Below, piece by piece: positions 28,097 through 36,340 of a stretch of 64,000 nucleotides of DNA. The stretch covers positions 213,040 through 277,039 of the forward strand of contig CAVUFY010000012.1 of the NCBI GenBank assembly GCA_963740905.1, given 5' to 3'. Under the pieces are notes generated by a model. That model had not been told where the DNA came from. It did no database searches and was given only the letters and a program-made list of their open reading frames with translations. This DNA is from an uncultured delta proteobacterium. GTDB taxonomy: Bacteria; Desulfobacterota; DSM-4660; Desulfatiglandales; HGW-15. Position 1 is the first letter of the stretch. Each line of letters opens with the position of its first letter. The position numbers were made by a program, and so were the translations under genes.

Positions 28097-29053
28097 CTAC
28101 TGCACGATCCAGATCGCCATGTCCGGCGAACGATGTTGCAGGATTTTGCCGGTAACGCTGCCGAATATGAATTCCTTCAGCCCGGATCGCCCGCGTCTTC
28201 CGAGGACGATCGTGCCGTATCCGCCGTCAAGAGCCTCGCAGAGAATATCGTTCGCCGCACTCCGGGCTCCGTCCACAACTTTCACGGCAATCTGTTTTTC
28301 CATGAAGCCCGAATTTAGAAGCATTGACCGCGCTCCTTCCACGAATCGCGTGATTTGCTCGCCTTCTGTGTCTTTCCAGAGCTTTTGAAGTTCTTGCTCG
28401 CCATCCAACACTTCCTCAGGAACATAGTCCTTCAGGTGCCTTGCGCTGTAAAAGATCGTAAGAGAGCAATCAGTCTTGGAAAGCATGAACCGCACATGAT
28501 CAAGCGCCCTGAGAGCATTTTCCGAACTGTCTACGCATACGAGCACCTTGTTTGAACGCACATTGCCTTCCACGATCCAGACAGGACGGTTGACACAGTA
28601 CTCGACGAGCTTCCTCGAGACCCCTCCGAAAATAAAGGTCTCGAAATCCGTTAAGCCGCGTTTGGTTAGAAGTATGGCGTCCGCCTGTTTCGCATTTGCC
28701 CCACGGCAGATATCCTTGGCAGTGCTGATTTCTTTTTCCTGAGAAACCGTCGTTATTCGTTTTTCATCAAACCCTTTCATAACAAGATTTTCTTTTGCTT
28801 CCGCGAGGATTCGTTCGGCCAGAAGCCTATTTTTTTCTGAAACGGCCGTTCGCTTGCGACGAATTTGCTGATCCATGGTTTTATCGTCGGCAAAAACAGG
28901 CGGCAAAGAAGGGACTATATGGAGAAGAGTCAAGTCTAGGCCGTGTCTTGGTCCGTAGATAAGACTAACATAATCCAAGGATCGCCATGAGTTTTGCGAT
29001 CCATCCAAAGAAATGACGATGCTTTTGCTCCTGGGTTCCATCTTTACCTCCAT
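28097..29053 (-). CDS. Tandem universal stress protein (2x Usp domain)
   Basis: Two Usp repeats ending ...ADAILLTKRGLTDFETFIFGGVSRKLV and ...YGTIVLGRRGRSGLKEFIFGSVTGKIL. Confidence 0.85.
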   Translation of the reverse strand: MEVKMEPRSKSIVISLDGSQNSWRSLDYVSLIYGPRHGLDLTLLHIVPSLPPVFADDKTMDQQIRRKRTAVSEKNRLLAERILAEAKENLVMKGFDEKRITTVSQEKEISTAKDICRGANAKQADAILLTKRGLTDFETFIFGGVSRKLVEYCVNRPVWIVEGNVRSNKVLVCVDSSENALRALDHVRFMLSKTDCSLTIFYSARHLKDYVPEEVLDGEQELQKLWKDTEGEQITRFVEGARSMLLNSGFMEKQIAVKVVDGARSAANDILCEALDGGYGTIVLGRRGRSGLKEFIFGSVTGKILQHRSPDMAIWIVQ

Positions 29054-29999
29054 TTAGCCAAACAGGTCTCAAAGGAAATCCAAAAAAACGGGCTCTTGAT
29101 AAAGCTATTCCCCTGCGTTTACAGGCGCGGATCAATATTTCCAAGTCCTCCGCACTCGGGAGTATGGCAGGTCGATCTATTTTCCCAACGCCGCTTTCCA
29201 AGTAATCTGCCCCGAATTTTTCTCTGAACAGTTTTCGTGTCCCCTCTCCGCTGCAGTGACAGGGTGCGACCTTCCTCACTGAAAGGTGGAGGAGTTCCTT
29301 GGCGATCAATTCAATCCGCGAGGGCTGTTCACTGCCCAAGTGAAAACCGCCCACTACCAGGTACACCGTGTCTTCCCCGGTGATCCCTCTCGCTTTCCGA
29401 ACCATGTTCACGATGCCAGGGTGGGCACAACCGGTGATGACCACGAGACCTTCCGTCGTCTTCAGGGCCAAGGCCTGCTCCCTGATCCCGTCTCCGAGTT
29501 CCCCGGTGGTGTAAACCCCCGGAAAGATCTCCCTTGCTTCAAGGACTTCCTCAACACGGCCGCCCAGCGAATTGACGGCCTTCTTGAAGTTTTCGGGAAA
29601 CGAATCGGGCAAGTAGACAACCACACAGCTGTTCCTTTCGAGGAATCGTTCAAGTCCTCCGGTGTGATCGCCATGAATATGGGACAGAACCACAATGTCG
29701 ACCTCAGCGGGTTGGATCCCAAGCTGCCGCATGTTTCCAATCAAGGTGGAACCGTCGCCGCCGGTATCAAAAAGAATGGTCTTTTCCAGCCCCTGAACCA
29801 CACAGGAAAATCCCCATGCCGCCTTCAAGCGGGGGTGAAAGCGATTGTTATCGTAGAGAATCGTCATGTTCACTTCAACGGGCTTTTCAACAAGCTGCTG
29901 TGGCAGAGCGATTGAAGAAAGGGGGCCAATGAAAATGGAGGCGCTCGACAAACAGAGGAAGTAGACAGCCGTGCCTACACGGGTTGCACTCAGATCCAT
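28965..29999 (-). CDS. MBL-fold metallo-hydrolase with an N-terminal signal/TM segment
   Basis: VVLSHIHGDHTGGL, ...VVITGCAHPG, ...VGGFHL. The last ~60 aa are atypical and overlap the next gene. Confidence 0.75.
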   Translation of the reverse strand: MDLSATRVGTAVYFLCLSSASIFIGPLSSIALPQQLVEKPVEVNMTILYDNNRFHPRLKAAWGFSCVVQGLEKTILFDTGGDGSTLIGNMRQLGIQPAEVDIVVLSHIHGDHTGGLERFLERNSCVVVYLPDSFPENFKKAVNSLGGRVEEVLEAREIFPGVYTTGELGDGIREQALALKTTEGLVVITGCAHPGIVNMVRKARGITGEDTVYLVVGGFHLGSEQPSRIELIAKELLHLSVRKVAPCHCSGEGTRKLFREKFGADYLESGVGKIDRPAILPSAEDLEILIRACKRRGIALSRARFFGFPLRPVWLNGGKDGTQEQKHRHFFGWIAKLMAILGLC

Positions 30000-30010
30000 C
30001 TCTTGCCCCT

Positions 30011-30226
30011 TTATATGGAGAGGGCCAACTCGACTTCCTGTTTTCTGAGGGTAATAAAGTGGCCGTCCGTGAGATTAACAGTCTGCATTTTCCCTTCCAC
30101 AAATCTTCTTTCTCCGAATAGATTGATTAGCCAGAAACCCTGCCCCTCGGCTTCTATTCTGGCCACGTCCTTCATAATCTCAACTTGTTCATTCCCTGAA
30201 TCCATGTAAACAGTGCTCAAACACAT
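30011..30226 (-). CDS. CooT-family protein (second copy)
   Basis: Internal start MCLSTVYMD... preceded by a GGAGG RBS, then ...IEAEGQGFWLINLFGERRFVEG. Confidence 0.65.
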   Translation of the reverse strand: MCLSTVYMDSGNEQVEIMKDVARIEAEGQGFWLINLFGERRFVEGKMQTVNLTDGHFITLRKQEVELALSI

Positions 30227-30257
30227 GTTGTCCTCCATGTCCCCATTTCCGATTTCT

Positions 30258-30629
30258 CTAGGTGTCCCAGAGCCATCTCCTGCATCCTCTTTTCCCGAAG
30301 CCCCTTCTCTTACAGGAACCCATCCTCTGTCTATCCGGCCCCACATAAAAAAGATCCCACAAATCATGTGCGAAGTCACTGTCCCGCACTACCCGGTAAG
30401 GTGGGCCTTCCCTGGAGTTCCACCTACGCAGAAGATCATAGCGTGTTCTGCGTTCATCATCTCCCAGAGTCTGGTAGGCTTCGTTCAGCTCCTTGAGTCG
30501 CTCTTCACATTGAGGATCTCCCATGTTGCGGTCGGGGTGATATTGCATGACCAGCTTACGGTAAGTCTTTTTGATCTCTTCTTCCGCCACATCCGGGCTC
30601 AAGCCCAGGATTTCGTAATAGTCTTTCAT
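30258..30629 (-). CDS. J-domain (DnaJ-like) protein
   Basis: DYYEILGLSPDVAEEEIKKTYRKLVMQYHPDRN. Confidence 0.8.
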   Translation of the reverse strand: MKDYYEILGLSPDVAEEEIKKTYRKLVMQYHPDRNMGDPQCEERLKELNEAYQTLGDDERRTRYDLLRRWNSREGPPYRVVRDSDFAHDLWDLFYVGPDRQRMGSCKRRGFGKRGCRRWLWDT

Positions 30630-30647
30630 GATCAGTGTGCCTCCGGT

Positions 30648-30890
30648 TCAATCTCTTCTACATGCTCCTCCTTCGGAGCAGGGTGGGGTCTCACATCGCT
30701 CCTGCCTGCCGCAACAGGTTCGGCCCGTTGCATGTTGCGCCGGGTGCAGCGTAAAAGAGCCGGCTGAAAGAATCCTGCTCATTCCGGAGCTGCCGCATTG
30801 TTTGCACTCGATGGAATCCTCATCTCGAACGCCCACGAGATACTCCGATACAGCCCCGCATTTCTGACACCGGTACTCGTAGATTGGCAT
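30648..30890 (-). CDS. FmdB-family zinc-ribbon protein
   Basis: MPIYEYRCQKCG...CKQCGS, with an AAGGAG RBS upstream. Confidence 0.75.
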   Translation of the reverse strand: MPIYEYRCQKCGAVSEYLVGVRDEDSIECKQCGSSGMSRILSAGSFTLHPAQHATGRTCCGRQERCETPPCSEGGACRRD

Positions 30891-31059
30891 ATCTTTTCTC
30901 CTTTGTTTGCTTAACCCGACTCTTGTCCATTCCATGACAGAAGCGGTTTGTAAAGCTCGGGCGGGCGTATGGCGGTAGGTCGGTGATGAATCAAGGAGGC
31001 TTACGGAAATACCAACAGTCCATCAAAGAAGGGACCCGCCCAAGCTGACAGAAATTGAA

Positions 31060-31422
31060 TTATGCCTCATGCTCTCTCGCTGTATCGCGCCGCGAGCCTC
31101 TCATCATATATCTGGGACTCAGCAGGGATTCATTCATAAAAGCGTTCAGAACATCATCGATCTGCCCACGGACAAAAGGTATTAAACGGATGCCATACCC
31201 TTCCACAAGGCCTCCATAGAAGTCGGATATGGCTCCGCATATGAACGTTTTAACACCAAGGTCAGCCAGTTTTTTCGCACGATAAAAAAGCGATTCACCG
31301 CTATAGCGCTCATGATACCGTTTCAGAATGCTTTCGCCCTCCATGTCCACCACGAGCACTTCCCGGGCTGAATCGGCAACAGGAGATACCCGGTTCTCCC
31401 ATATCGTCAACGCCACCTTCAT
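31060..31422 (-). CDS. NifX/NifB-like (Nitro_FeMo-Co fold) small protein
   Basis: MKVALTIWENRVSPVADSAREVLVVD...FICGAISDFYGGLVEGYGIRLIPFVRGQIDDVLNAF. Paralog of 49660-50001. Confidence 0.65.
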   Translation of the reverse strand: MKVALTIWENRVSPVADSAREVLVVDMEGESILKRYHERYSGESLFYRAKKLADLGVKTFICGAISDFYGGLVEGYGIRLIPFVRGQIDDVLNAFMNESLLSPRYMMRGSRRDTAREHEA

Positions 31423-31436
31423 GGTATCTAGAAGAT

Positions 31437-31452
31437 AGCAATCCATGTGCCA
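31437..31452 (-). promoter_or_regulatory. sigma54 promoter abutting the start codon of the NifX-like gene
   Basis: The minus strand reads TGGCAC-atgga-TTGCT. Only 14 nt separate TTGCT from the ATG at 31422. Confidence 0.65.
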
Positions 31453-31536
31453 TTGGGTGATGAGAAGGGTAGTGTTAACTAATGCTAAAATTATGAGTGA
31501 CTTGAGGACCAAGGGTAGAAACGATGAGGGCGAGAA

Positions 31537-31583
31537 GTCGCATCTTTGCGACGCCTGAAGCCAGCGAGTCGCGTTCAGGCGAC
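31537..31583. promoter_or_regulatory. Tandem inverted repeats GTCGC-N6-GCGAC (candidate enhancer/UAS)
   Basis: gtcgcatctttgcgac at 31537-31552 and gtcgcgttcaggcgac at 31568-31583, located 85-130 nt upstream of the sigma54 promoter. An AT-rich tract lies between them. Confidence 0.5.
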
Positions 31584-31629
31584 TTCTGCCCCTCAAACTT
31601 CTGCCTAAGGCACTCCGGTTCCTCGACAA

Positions 31630-31702
31630 GGATATCATTCCCCGAGTAATGCATCAGGCAACGCTTGTTCAGGCAGTGGGCCATGTTGAAGAAGTGGCCC
31701 AA
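31630..31702 (-). pseudogene. Archaemetzincin (amzA) C-terminal remnant
   Basis: MGHFFNMAHCLNKRCLMHYSG matches LGHLFNMAHCLNTQCLMHYSG of the intact amzA at 51021-51638. The remnant is truncated against the yqeB stop. Confidence 0.55.
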
Positions 31703-31710
31703 TCAGCTCT

Positions 31711-32514
31711 TTACCTGTTGTAATGGTACATAATGGCTTCCAGTACTCCCCCGGCAATTGCCCTCGCTTTGTCCGAGATAGTGTAGCAGTTCTCTTTCTT
31801 GCCCCGAGGATCGATATCACCGGCCTTCATTCCCTCGTAGACCTCAGTCCGGTCCCTCAGCAGGCCCCTGAGAACACCACTGATCAGGGCTTTAACGGGT
31901 TCATTATCTACGGTGGCAACCACATCACCAGCCTGTACCAAATCTCCTATCTTTTTAACGTTTAAGAATTTACCGACCCCGGGGGCGCGAAACACGCGAT
32001 CCGCAGCGAATCCGGCAATTTCGCCGGGTACACCAGTATTGGGTTCGGCCTCGCCGGTTAAGAGCATCCTTCCCAAATTATGACCGCGATTGGTCTCAAT
32101 GACCACGTGCACATCCTTTTTGGCCATGAAGCCAGGACCAAGCCCGATCACTAGAGGGGCATCTTTGATCCTGGTACCGAGGTTTTTCTTGGCCAGAATG
32201 GCATCCACCAGAACATCCGGTTTCAGGGAGTTCTTGATTTGAGCCTCAGGGTCCACCAACAGCGGAATTTTGCCCTCCTGCCATGCAAGGGTGATCTCCT
32301 CGGGAGAAGTAACCAGCCTTGCCGTCACGCCCTCCACTTCTTTCTCACCGTCATAGACTGCCTCACAGAAGGAAACCTCACGCCTTACAGCCTGGGGCTG
32401 ATCGATTTCCGTGAGACAAACACGAAAATGGCAGGAATATAATCGTCGTGCCACCCCACTGGCCAATTCTCCCGCACCCCTGATAAGAACTACCAGATCG
32501 GTCAAATTTTTCAC
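31711..32514 (-). CDS. yqeB: YqeB-family selenium-dependent molybdenum hydroxylase system protein
   Basis: VVLIRGAGELASGVARRL...VDAILAKKNLGT...GLGPGF...VVIETNRGHNLGRML..GEAEPNTGVPGEIAG...RVFRAP...ISGVLRGLLRD...GDIDPRG...ISDKARAIAGGVLEAI. GTG start with a GGGAGG RBS. Confidence 0.75.
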   Translation of the reverse strand: MKNLTDLVVLIRGAGELASGVARRLYSCHFRVCLTEIDQPQAVRREVSFCEAVYDGEKEVEGVTARLVTSPEEITLAWQEGKIPLLVDPEAQIKNSLKPDVLVDAILAKKNLGTRIKDAPLVIGLGPGFMAKKDVHVVIETNRGHNLGRMLLTGEAEPNTGVPGEIAGFAADRVFRAPGVGKFLNVKKIGDLVQAGDVVATVDNEPVKALISGVLRGLLRDRTEVYEGMKAGDIDPRGKKENCYTISDKARAIAGGVLEAIMYHYNR

Positions 32515-32578
32515 GCCAACCTCCCGATGTATCCGCAAAAGACTGCCCTCATGTCCTTCAAAGATAGAAAATTATTTT

Positions 32579-32599
32579 TTAAAGCCCAGGGAAACTAAA
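32579..32599. promoter_or_regulatory. 21-nt motif TTAAAGCCCAGGGAAACTAAA, copy 2 (upstream of yqeB)
   Basis: Identical to 27800-27820. Confidence 0.35.
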
Positions 32600-32677
32600 A
32601 AGAAAAATTCTTTTTTCATCTTCAGGCCATCCCCCAATAGCCTTCTTGATTTTCTGAACTCTCATGGAAGCCGATTT

Positions 32678-33139
32678 CTATTTGCTTTTCTTTAGCTTAT
32701 AGGGATTAATGACTAAAACCGGAACCGAGGATTTCTTCACCACATTCTCCGCCACACTCCCAAAGATCGTGTGTTCCAGGCCCTTAAATCCATGTGTCCC
32801 CATGATCACAAGATCGATATCGTTGGCCTGGATTGCTTTGAGGATTTCCTGCGCCGGATCCCCTGTGACGATTATCCTCTTGAAGTCGCGACAGCCTTGC
32901 AACTGATTCTCGCATATTTCCGCCATTTTCTCCTCGGCATTCTTGTGCATTTCCGTCTGGTATTGGTTCAACGAGGGATGCGGAACATAGAATCCGCCCC
33001 ATTTGAGCAAATCCTCCACGACATGGAGGAGGTGAATAGTGCCGTCGTACTTCTGGGAAAGAGACACTGCATACGGCAGGATTTTGCTGCAGTTTTCCGA
33101 AAAATCACATGGAAAGAGAATCTGCTTTATCTCGATCAT
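32678..33139 (-). CDS. Universal stress protein
   Basis: ILFPCDFSENC...IHLLHVVED...DLVIMGTHGFKGLEHTIFGSVAENVV. Confidence 0.85.
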   Translation of the reverse strand: MIEIKQILFPCDFSENCSKILPYAVSLSQKYDGTIHLLHVVEDLLKWGGFYVPHPSLNQYQTEMHKNAEEKMAEICENQLQGCRDFKRIIVTGDPAQEILKAIQANDIDLVIMGTHGFKGLEHTIFGSVAENVVKKSSVPVLVINPYKLKKSK

Positions 33140-33200
33140 AGGTTTTAACCTCACCTTCCCTCTGAATAGGGGCGGGATTCCTCCCCTCGGTTCTTTCCAA

Positions 33201-33485
33201 TTACTTTCCTTCAGGTGCCAACGCTTCCGCATGAGCCCCCGTAAACTTCAAAAGCATGTGCCTGCAGGGCTTGAGATCGCCCAGATGATTTCTGAACACT
33301 GACGATCCAAAGGGCTCTACCTGCTTGAGGCCGTTGGTGTGGATGAATGCCTTGGAAGCTAAACGGCATCGCTTTTCAATGGTATTCAGCAGTAGATAAG
33401 CCGAACTTCCATCGAAATCTCCGTCCAACTTGAGGTGCAGGTTGTCGGAGTTTTGGTGCACTGTAATCCTGAAATTCATTGCCAT
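33201..33485 (-). CDS. Hypothetical STAS-like small protein
   Basis: MAMNFRITVHQNSDNLHLKLDGDFDGSSAYLLLNTI... is a loose STAS/anti-sigma-antagonist pattern. A truncated paralog lies at 43304-43411. Confidence 0.35.
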   Translation of the reverse strand: MAMNFRITVHQNSDNLHLKLDGDFDGSSAYLLLNTIEKRCRLASKAFIHTNGLKQVEPFGSSVFRNHLGDLKPCRHMLLKFTGAHAEALAPEGK

Positions 33486-33508
33486 GACACACCTTCTTTC
33501 TTGTAATC

Positions 33509-33763
33509 TCAATACCGGAGGGCAAGCTGGTAGCCTGCCTGAACGGCGCTGAAGATGTCCTGCACCTCCCTGGCGCCTCCGATCACTTCGATGTTGGGCA
33601 CCCCCTTGCGGATCTCCTCACTAGGGCCTTCAGCGGAAACCATACCGGAGGCAAGAATCACCGTCTGAAAGGGCTCCAGCGACATCCTCACCCCATCCTG
33701 GTCAATGTCCACGCGCATCCCAATTGAGGTTTCTCGGGGAGACTGCCGTGGTGGAAATACCAT
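33509..33763 (-). pseudogene. C-terminal remnant of a flavin/NAD(P) oxidoreductase (2,4-dienoyl-CoA-reductase-like)
   Basis: ...FQTVILASGMV...VPNIEVIGGAREVQDIFSAVQAGYQLAL resembles the end of the pyridine-nucleotide-disulfide oxidoreductase module. The matching OYE-like N-terminal part sits at 38056-38940. Confidence 0.45.
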
Positions 33764-33850
33764 GGAGGGCTAAAGCAGGCATGGCCCATTCCCACATGAA
33801 CTGCGGCGATGCCCTGACCCTCAAGCCACCCGAGCAAAAGATCCAGATTC

Positions 33851-33999
33851 GAATGATTATGATCATCTTCCCTGTTAAGGTTCATAAGCAGGATGTGTGC
33901 CAAAAGACGAGTTCCTGGCTATTCTGGAGCAAATCCAGAGTTACGGTTTGGAACCGGATGAAAAAATTCAACCTCGATCTGCGACGAACCGTGCGCTAG
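33851..33999 (+). pseudogene. Deletion derivative of the PAS-HTH sigma54-activator remnant (HTH tail only)
   Basis: 33851-33935 matches 39579-39665 and 33937-33999 matches 40297-40359 (...SRVTVWNRMKKFNLDLRRTV). The ~630 bp between those segments is missing here. Confidence 0.55.
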
Positions 34000-34095
34000 C
34001 AAGATTATTGCGATGAATCAGGAACTAGAAATCGCGATCAACCGATTTCAGCTTCTCGATGCCGACTCTCCTGGACGGTTTAGTGCCAAGGTCTT

Positions 34096-34458
34096 TCATC
34101 TATTGTCGGCATCAAGCTTTATGATGTTTGAGACTTTTTCTTCCAGAATTTTGACTTTTTCATAAATGATTTTGAGGTATTGTCTATGATGATCATTGCC
34201 GGTTGATTTTTCGTTGAGCCTCCGTGCAAGCCCCCCTACTACGGTGAGCGAATTTCTCAGTTCATGGGTTATCCTTTTTGACATATCTCCTAAGGCGGCG
34301 AGCCTTTCCGCTGCTATCAACTGATGAGTTCTTTTTTCCAGTTCTGCCATACGTTCCCTGACTTTTTGCTCCAGTGCCTGATTCAAGCTATGGATTTCCT
34401 CATACAGTTGGGAAATTCTTATGACAATGCCGATCTGGTTGGATATGACATAGATCAC
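34096..34458 (-). pseudogene. Truncated paralog of the GAF/HisKA-like gene (C-terminal 120 aa only)
   Basis: IYVISNQIGIVIRISQLYEEIHSLNQALEQKVRERMAELE...ITHELRNSLTVVGGLARRL aligns with the C-terminus of 36963-37835. Confidence 0.5.
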
Positions 34459-34750
34459 GTCGTTGAAGCGCTCATGAAAGTATTTTTGTTTCTTGGCCGA
34501 TGTAACTAAGCAGACCGCAGCTTCCCATAAGACATACTGATCGATTCTCCTGCTGCGAAGAGCCGAGCTTTATTAACCGTCTCATAATTATGTAGATACA
34601 AAATAGTTTTTTGTGATATGACGGCATCCATGAAAACTACAGATGCCAGACGCCTTAATCATGCGATGTTGACGGAGCTGCGAAGGCATTCAACTTCCCA
34701 GCAAAAAATGCTAAGAAGTCTGATAATCAGCTCTTTTGAGGAGAACAAAA

Positions 34751-35188
34751 ATGGCACACGAAGATAAAGGGCACTTCAGTCTGAAGCATTCCCCTGATCG
34801 AAAAATCAATGAACGCGTGGCCGCGATGGTCAAGGGTAAAGTCAGGGATGGAACCATGGCCTGCGCCGTCGCCTTTGAAATAGCGGAGGGCTTGGCCCTT
34901 CCTGTGGAAGAAGTGGGGTTCACCCTCGATTTACTGGAAGTTAGCGTCGTTAAATGCCAGCTTGGCCTCTTTGGGTACGGGCCAGCCAGGAGGATTGTCA
35001 AACCGGCCGAGAGGCTTTCTCCCGGTTTAGAAAAAGCCATCCGGGAATCTCTGGTAAACAATCGCCTGCCCTGTGCCTCTGCCTGGGCTATAGCAGAGAA
35101 ACTGCGCTTGAGAAAAATGGAAGTCTCTTCCGGCTGCGAGACCCTTGGAATCAAAATCGGCTCATGCCAGTTGGGAACGTTCGAGTGA
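34751..35188 (+). CDS. Hypothetical protein with two ~55-aa internal repeats, each ending in CQLG(L/T)F
   Basis: ACAVAFEIAEGLALPVEEVGFTLDLLEVSVVKCQLGLFG and PCASAWAIAEKLRLRKMEVSSGCETLGIKIGSCQLGTFE. GAGGAG RBS upstream. Confidence 0.5.
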   Translation: MAHEDKGHFSLKHSPDRKINERVAAMVKGKVRDGTMACAVAFEIAEGLALPVEEVGFTLDLLEVSVVKCQLGLFGYGPARRIVKPAERLSPGLEKAIRESLVNNRLPCASAWAIAEKLRLRKMEVSSGCETLGIKIGSCQLGTFE

Positions 35189-35429
35189 ATGCAGCTCCGC
35201 CTGAAGAGCGGTGGCTTCAATCCGTCAACGGCAAGTCGAATGGAGGAAGGAATTCCGAAGCACGAAATCCGAATTTTGAAACAATACCCAATGACCAAAA
35301 TCTCAACGACCCAAACCCCTATGCGCCGAGTTAATAATGCCTCTCCTTATAGTTTTGCGAAAGTAGGACATTCAGAATTAGAAATTTTAGGATCTCGATA
35401 TTCGAATTTCGGACTTATTAAAGCTTAGT

Positions 35430-35453
35430 CTTCGCCTGAAGGCGAGGTTTTTT
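35430..35453 (+). terminator. Rho-independent terminator
   Basis: CTTCGCC-tgaa-GGCGAGG followed by TTTTTT. Confidence 0.55.
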
Positions 35454-35697
35454 CCCCAATCCCCGAGGGGGACAATAAGTTTCTTGTTGGTAGGGTTTGA
35501 GCCGCTCCGGCAGTCCCCGGTGGCCATACTTTCATGCGCAAAGTACCTCATTCAGAATAGACAAAGAGAGCCAGCCGGACTATAGTTCTCATTGGTAACT
35601 GCAAGTCTTCCTGTCTTCTTTATTCGATTGCATCTCCCCCTCCTCTGTAGCCCCCGCCTTGCCAAGCTGTCTCAACTTTTCGAATCTACCTGCGAGC

Positions 35698-36048
35698 CTA
35701 GAAGTTGAAGACCTTGGCTTCGGCGGCAAGATCGATCAGATGAGGCGCTCCATCAAGCAACATGTTGGGGAAGAATTTCGACTCGTCAACCTGACGAGCC
35801 TTGGCGCAGGGGATTCAGACCCCGATCCGGACTTCCTTTTCCACCAGGTACGGTAGATAGTCGTTTGGGCAGTCACCGGTAGCTGTCTTGATATCCAGAT
35901 TGCGGGTTTTGTCCGCCCAGCCGACGCCTCCGTCAACGAAGAAAATGTTGACCTTGTATTTTTTGGAGTGAGCGATCTTGGCGAACTGGAAGCATCTCGT
36001 CGCCGCCTCATTGTCGTCCTTGCTCAGCACAAACAAGAAATTCTCCAT
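35698..36048 (-). CDS. DsrE-like selenoprotein (116 aa; Sec encoded by TGA 35815-35817), copy 1
   Basis: MENFLFVLSKDD...KVNIFFVDGGV...EVRIGV-[TGA]-IPCAKARQVDESKFFPNMLLDGAPHLIDLAAEAKVFNF*. The frame stays open for 38 codons after the TGA, and the TGA sits where the DsrE active-site Cys (..yvC..CakaRG..) is expected. Confidence 0.75.
35782..35798 (-). other. Candidate bacterial SECIS hairpin (DsrE-like copy 1)
   Basis: mRNA CUCGUCA-GGU-UGACGAG: a perfect 7-bp stem with a GGU loop, starting 16 nt after the UGA. Confidence 0.65.
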
Positions 36049-36312
36049 GACTTCCTCCCTTGGTCTCGAATTCCTCCTATTTCCTACCCTTCCCACTTGT
36101 CATTGTCACCTTCGGCAGCTCAGGCCTCTTCCCTTGCACCCGCCTCCTCTAATCCCAAGAGTTTTGTGAAAAGCAAAGATCTTATCAGGGTCAAGAATTC
36201 CGACCATAATCTGATCCGGATCCGGAGTTTCGCTGAGGAAGAAAATCGTAGAGCCTTCTCTTCCCCTCTTGGAAAAGAGCCAAGGGCACAAGCTTGAGGT
36301 TTACATTGTTTT

Positions 36313-36329
36313 GCAGTCGCCCCGACTGC
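36313..36329 (-). other. Conserved 17-nt hairpin 11 nt after the TGA of the MoaD-like gene (SECIS-like), copy 1
   Basis: mRNA GCAGUCG-GGG-CGACUGC. It is followed by AAAAC, not a U-tract, and there is no U-tract on the other strand either. Confidence 0.6.
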
Positions 36330-36340
36330 ATGCCTCAAGC

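Larger units (their letters stand above)
31433..31598. repeat. ~165-bp sigma54 control-region repeat, copy 1 (partner at 50760-50925)
   Basis: About 85% identity by eye, including the promoter, the AT-rich tract and both GTCGC-N6-GCGAC sites. Confidence 0.7.

Noticed and set aside
28965-29160. The atypical ~60-aa C-terminal tail of the MBL-fold hydrolase, overlapping the Usp gene start, as a possible fusion or frameshift.
   Set aside because: No alternative frame shows family-like sequence, so it cannot be resolved from sequence alone. It was left as annotated by the ORF track.
31475-31702. ORFs 31475-31702 and 50802-50996, whose similar peptide tails made them look like a conserved small protein.
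   Set aside because: The similarity comes from the duplicated sigma54 control cassette (UAS, AT-rich tract, promoter) and, in the first, an amzA remnant. They have no RBS, and nucleotide-level rather than codon-level conservation.
36313-36329. The post-TGA hairpin of the MoaD-like genes as a Rho-independent terminator.
   Set aside because: On the transcribed (minus) strand it is followed by AAAAC..., and on the plus strand by ATGCCTC. Neither strand has a U-tract, so it does not fit an intrinsic terminator. A processing or stability role cannot be excluded.
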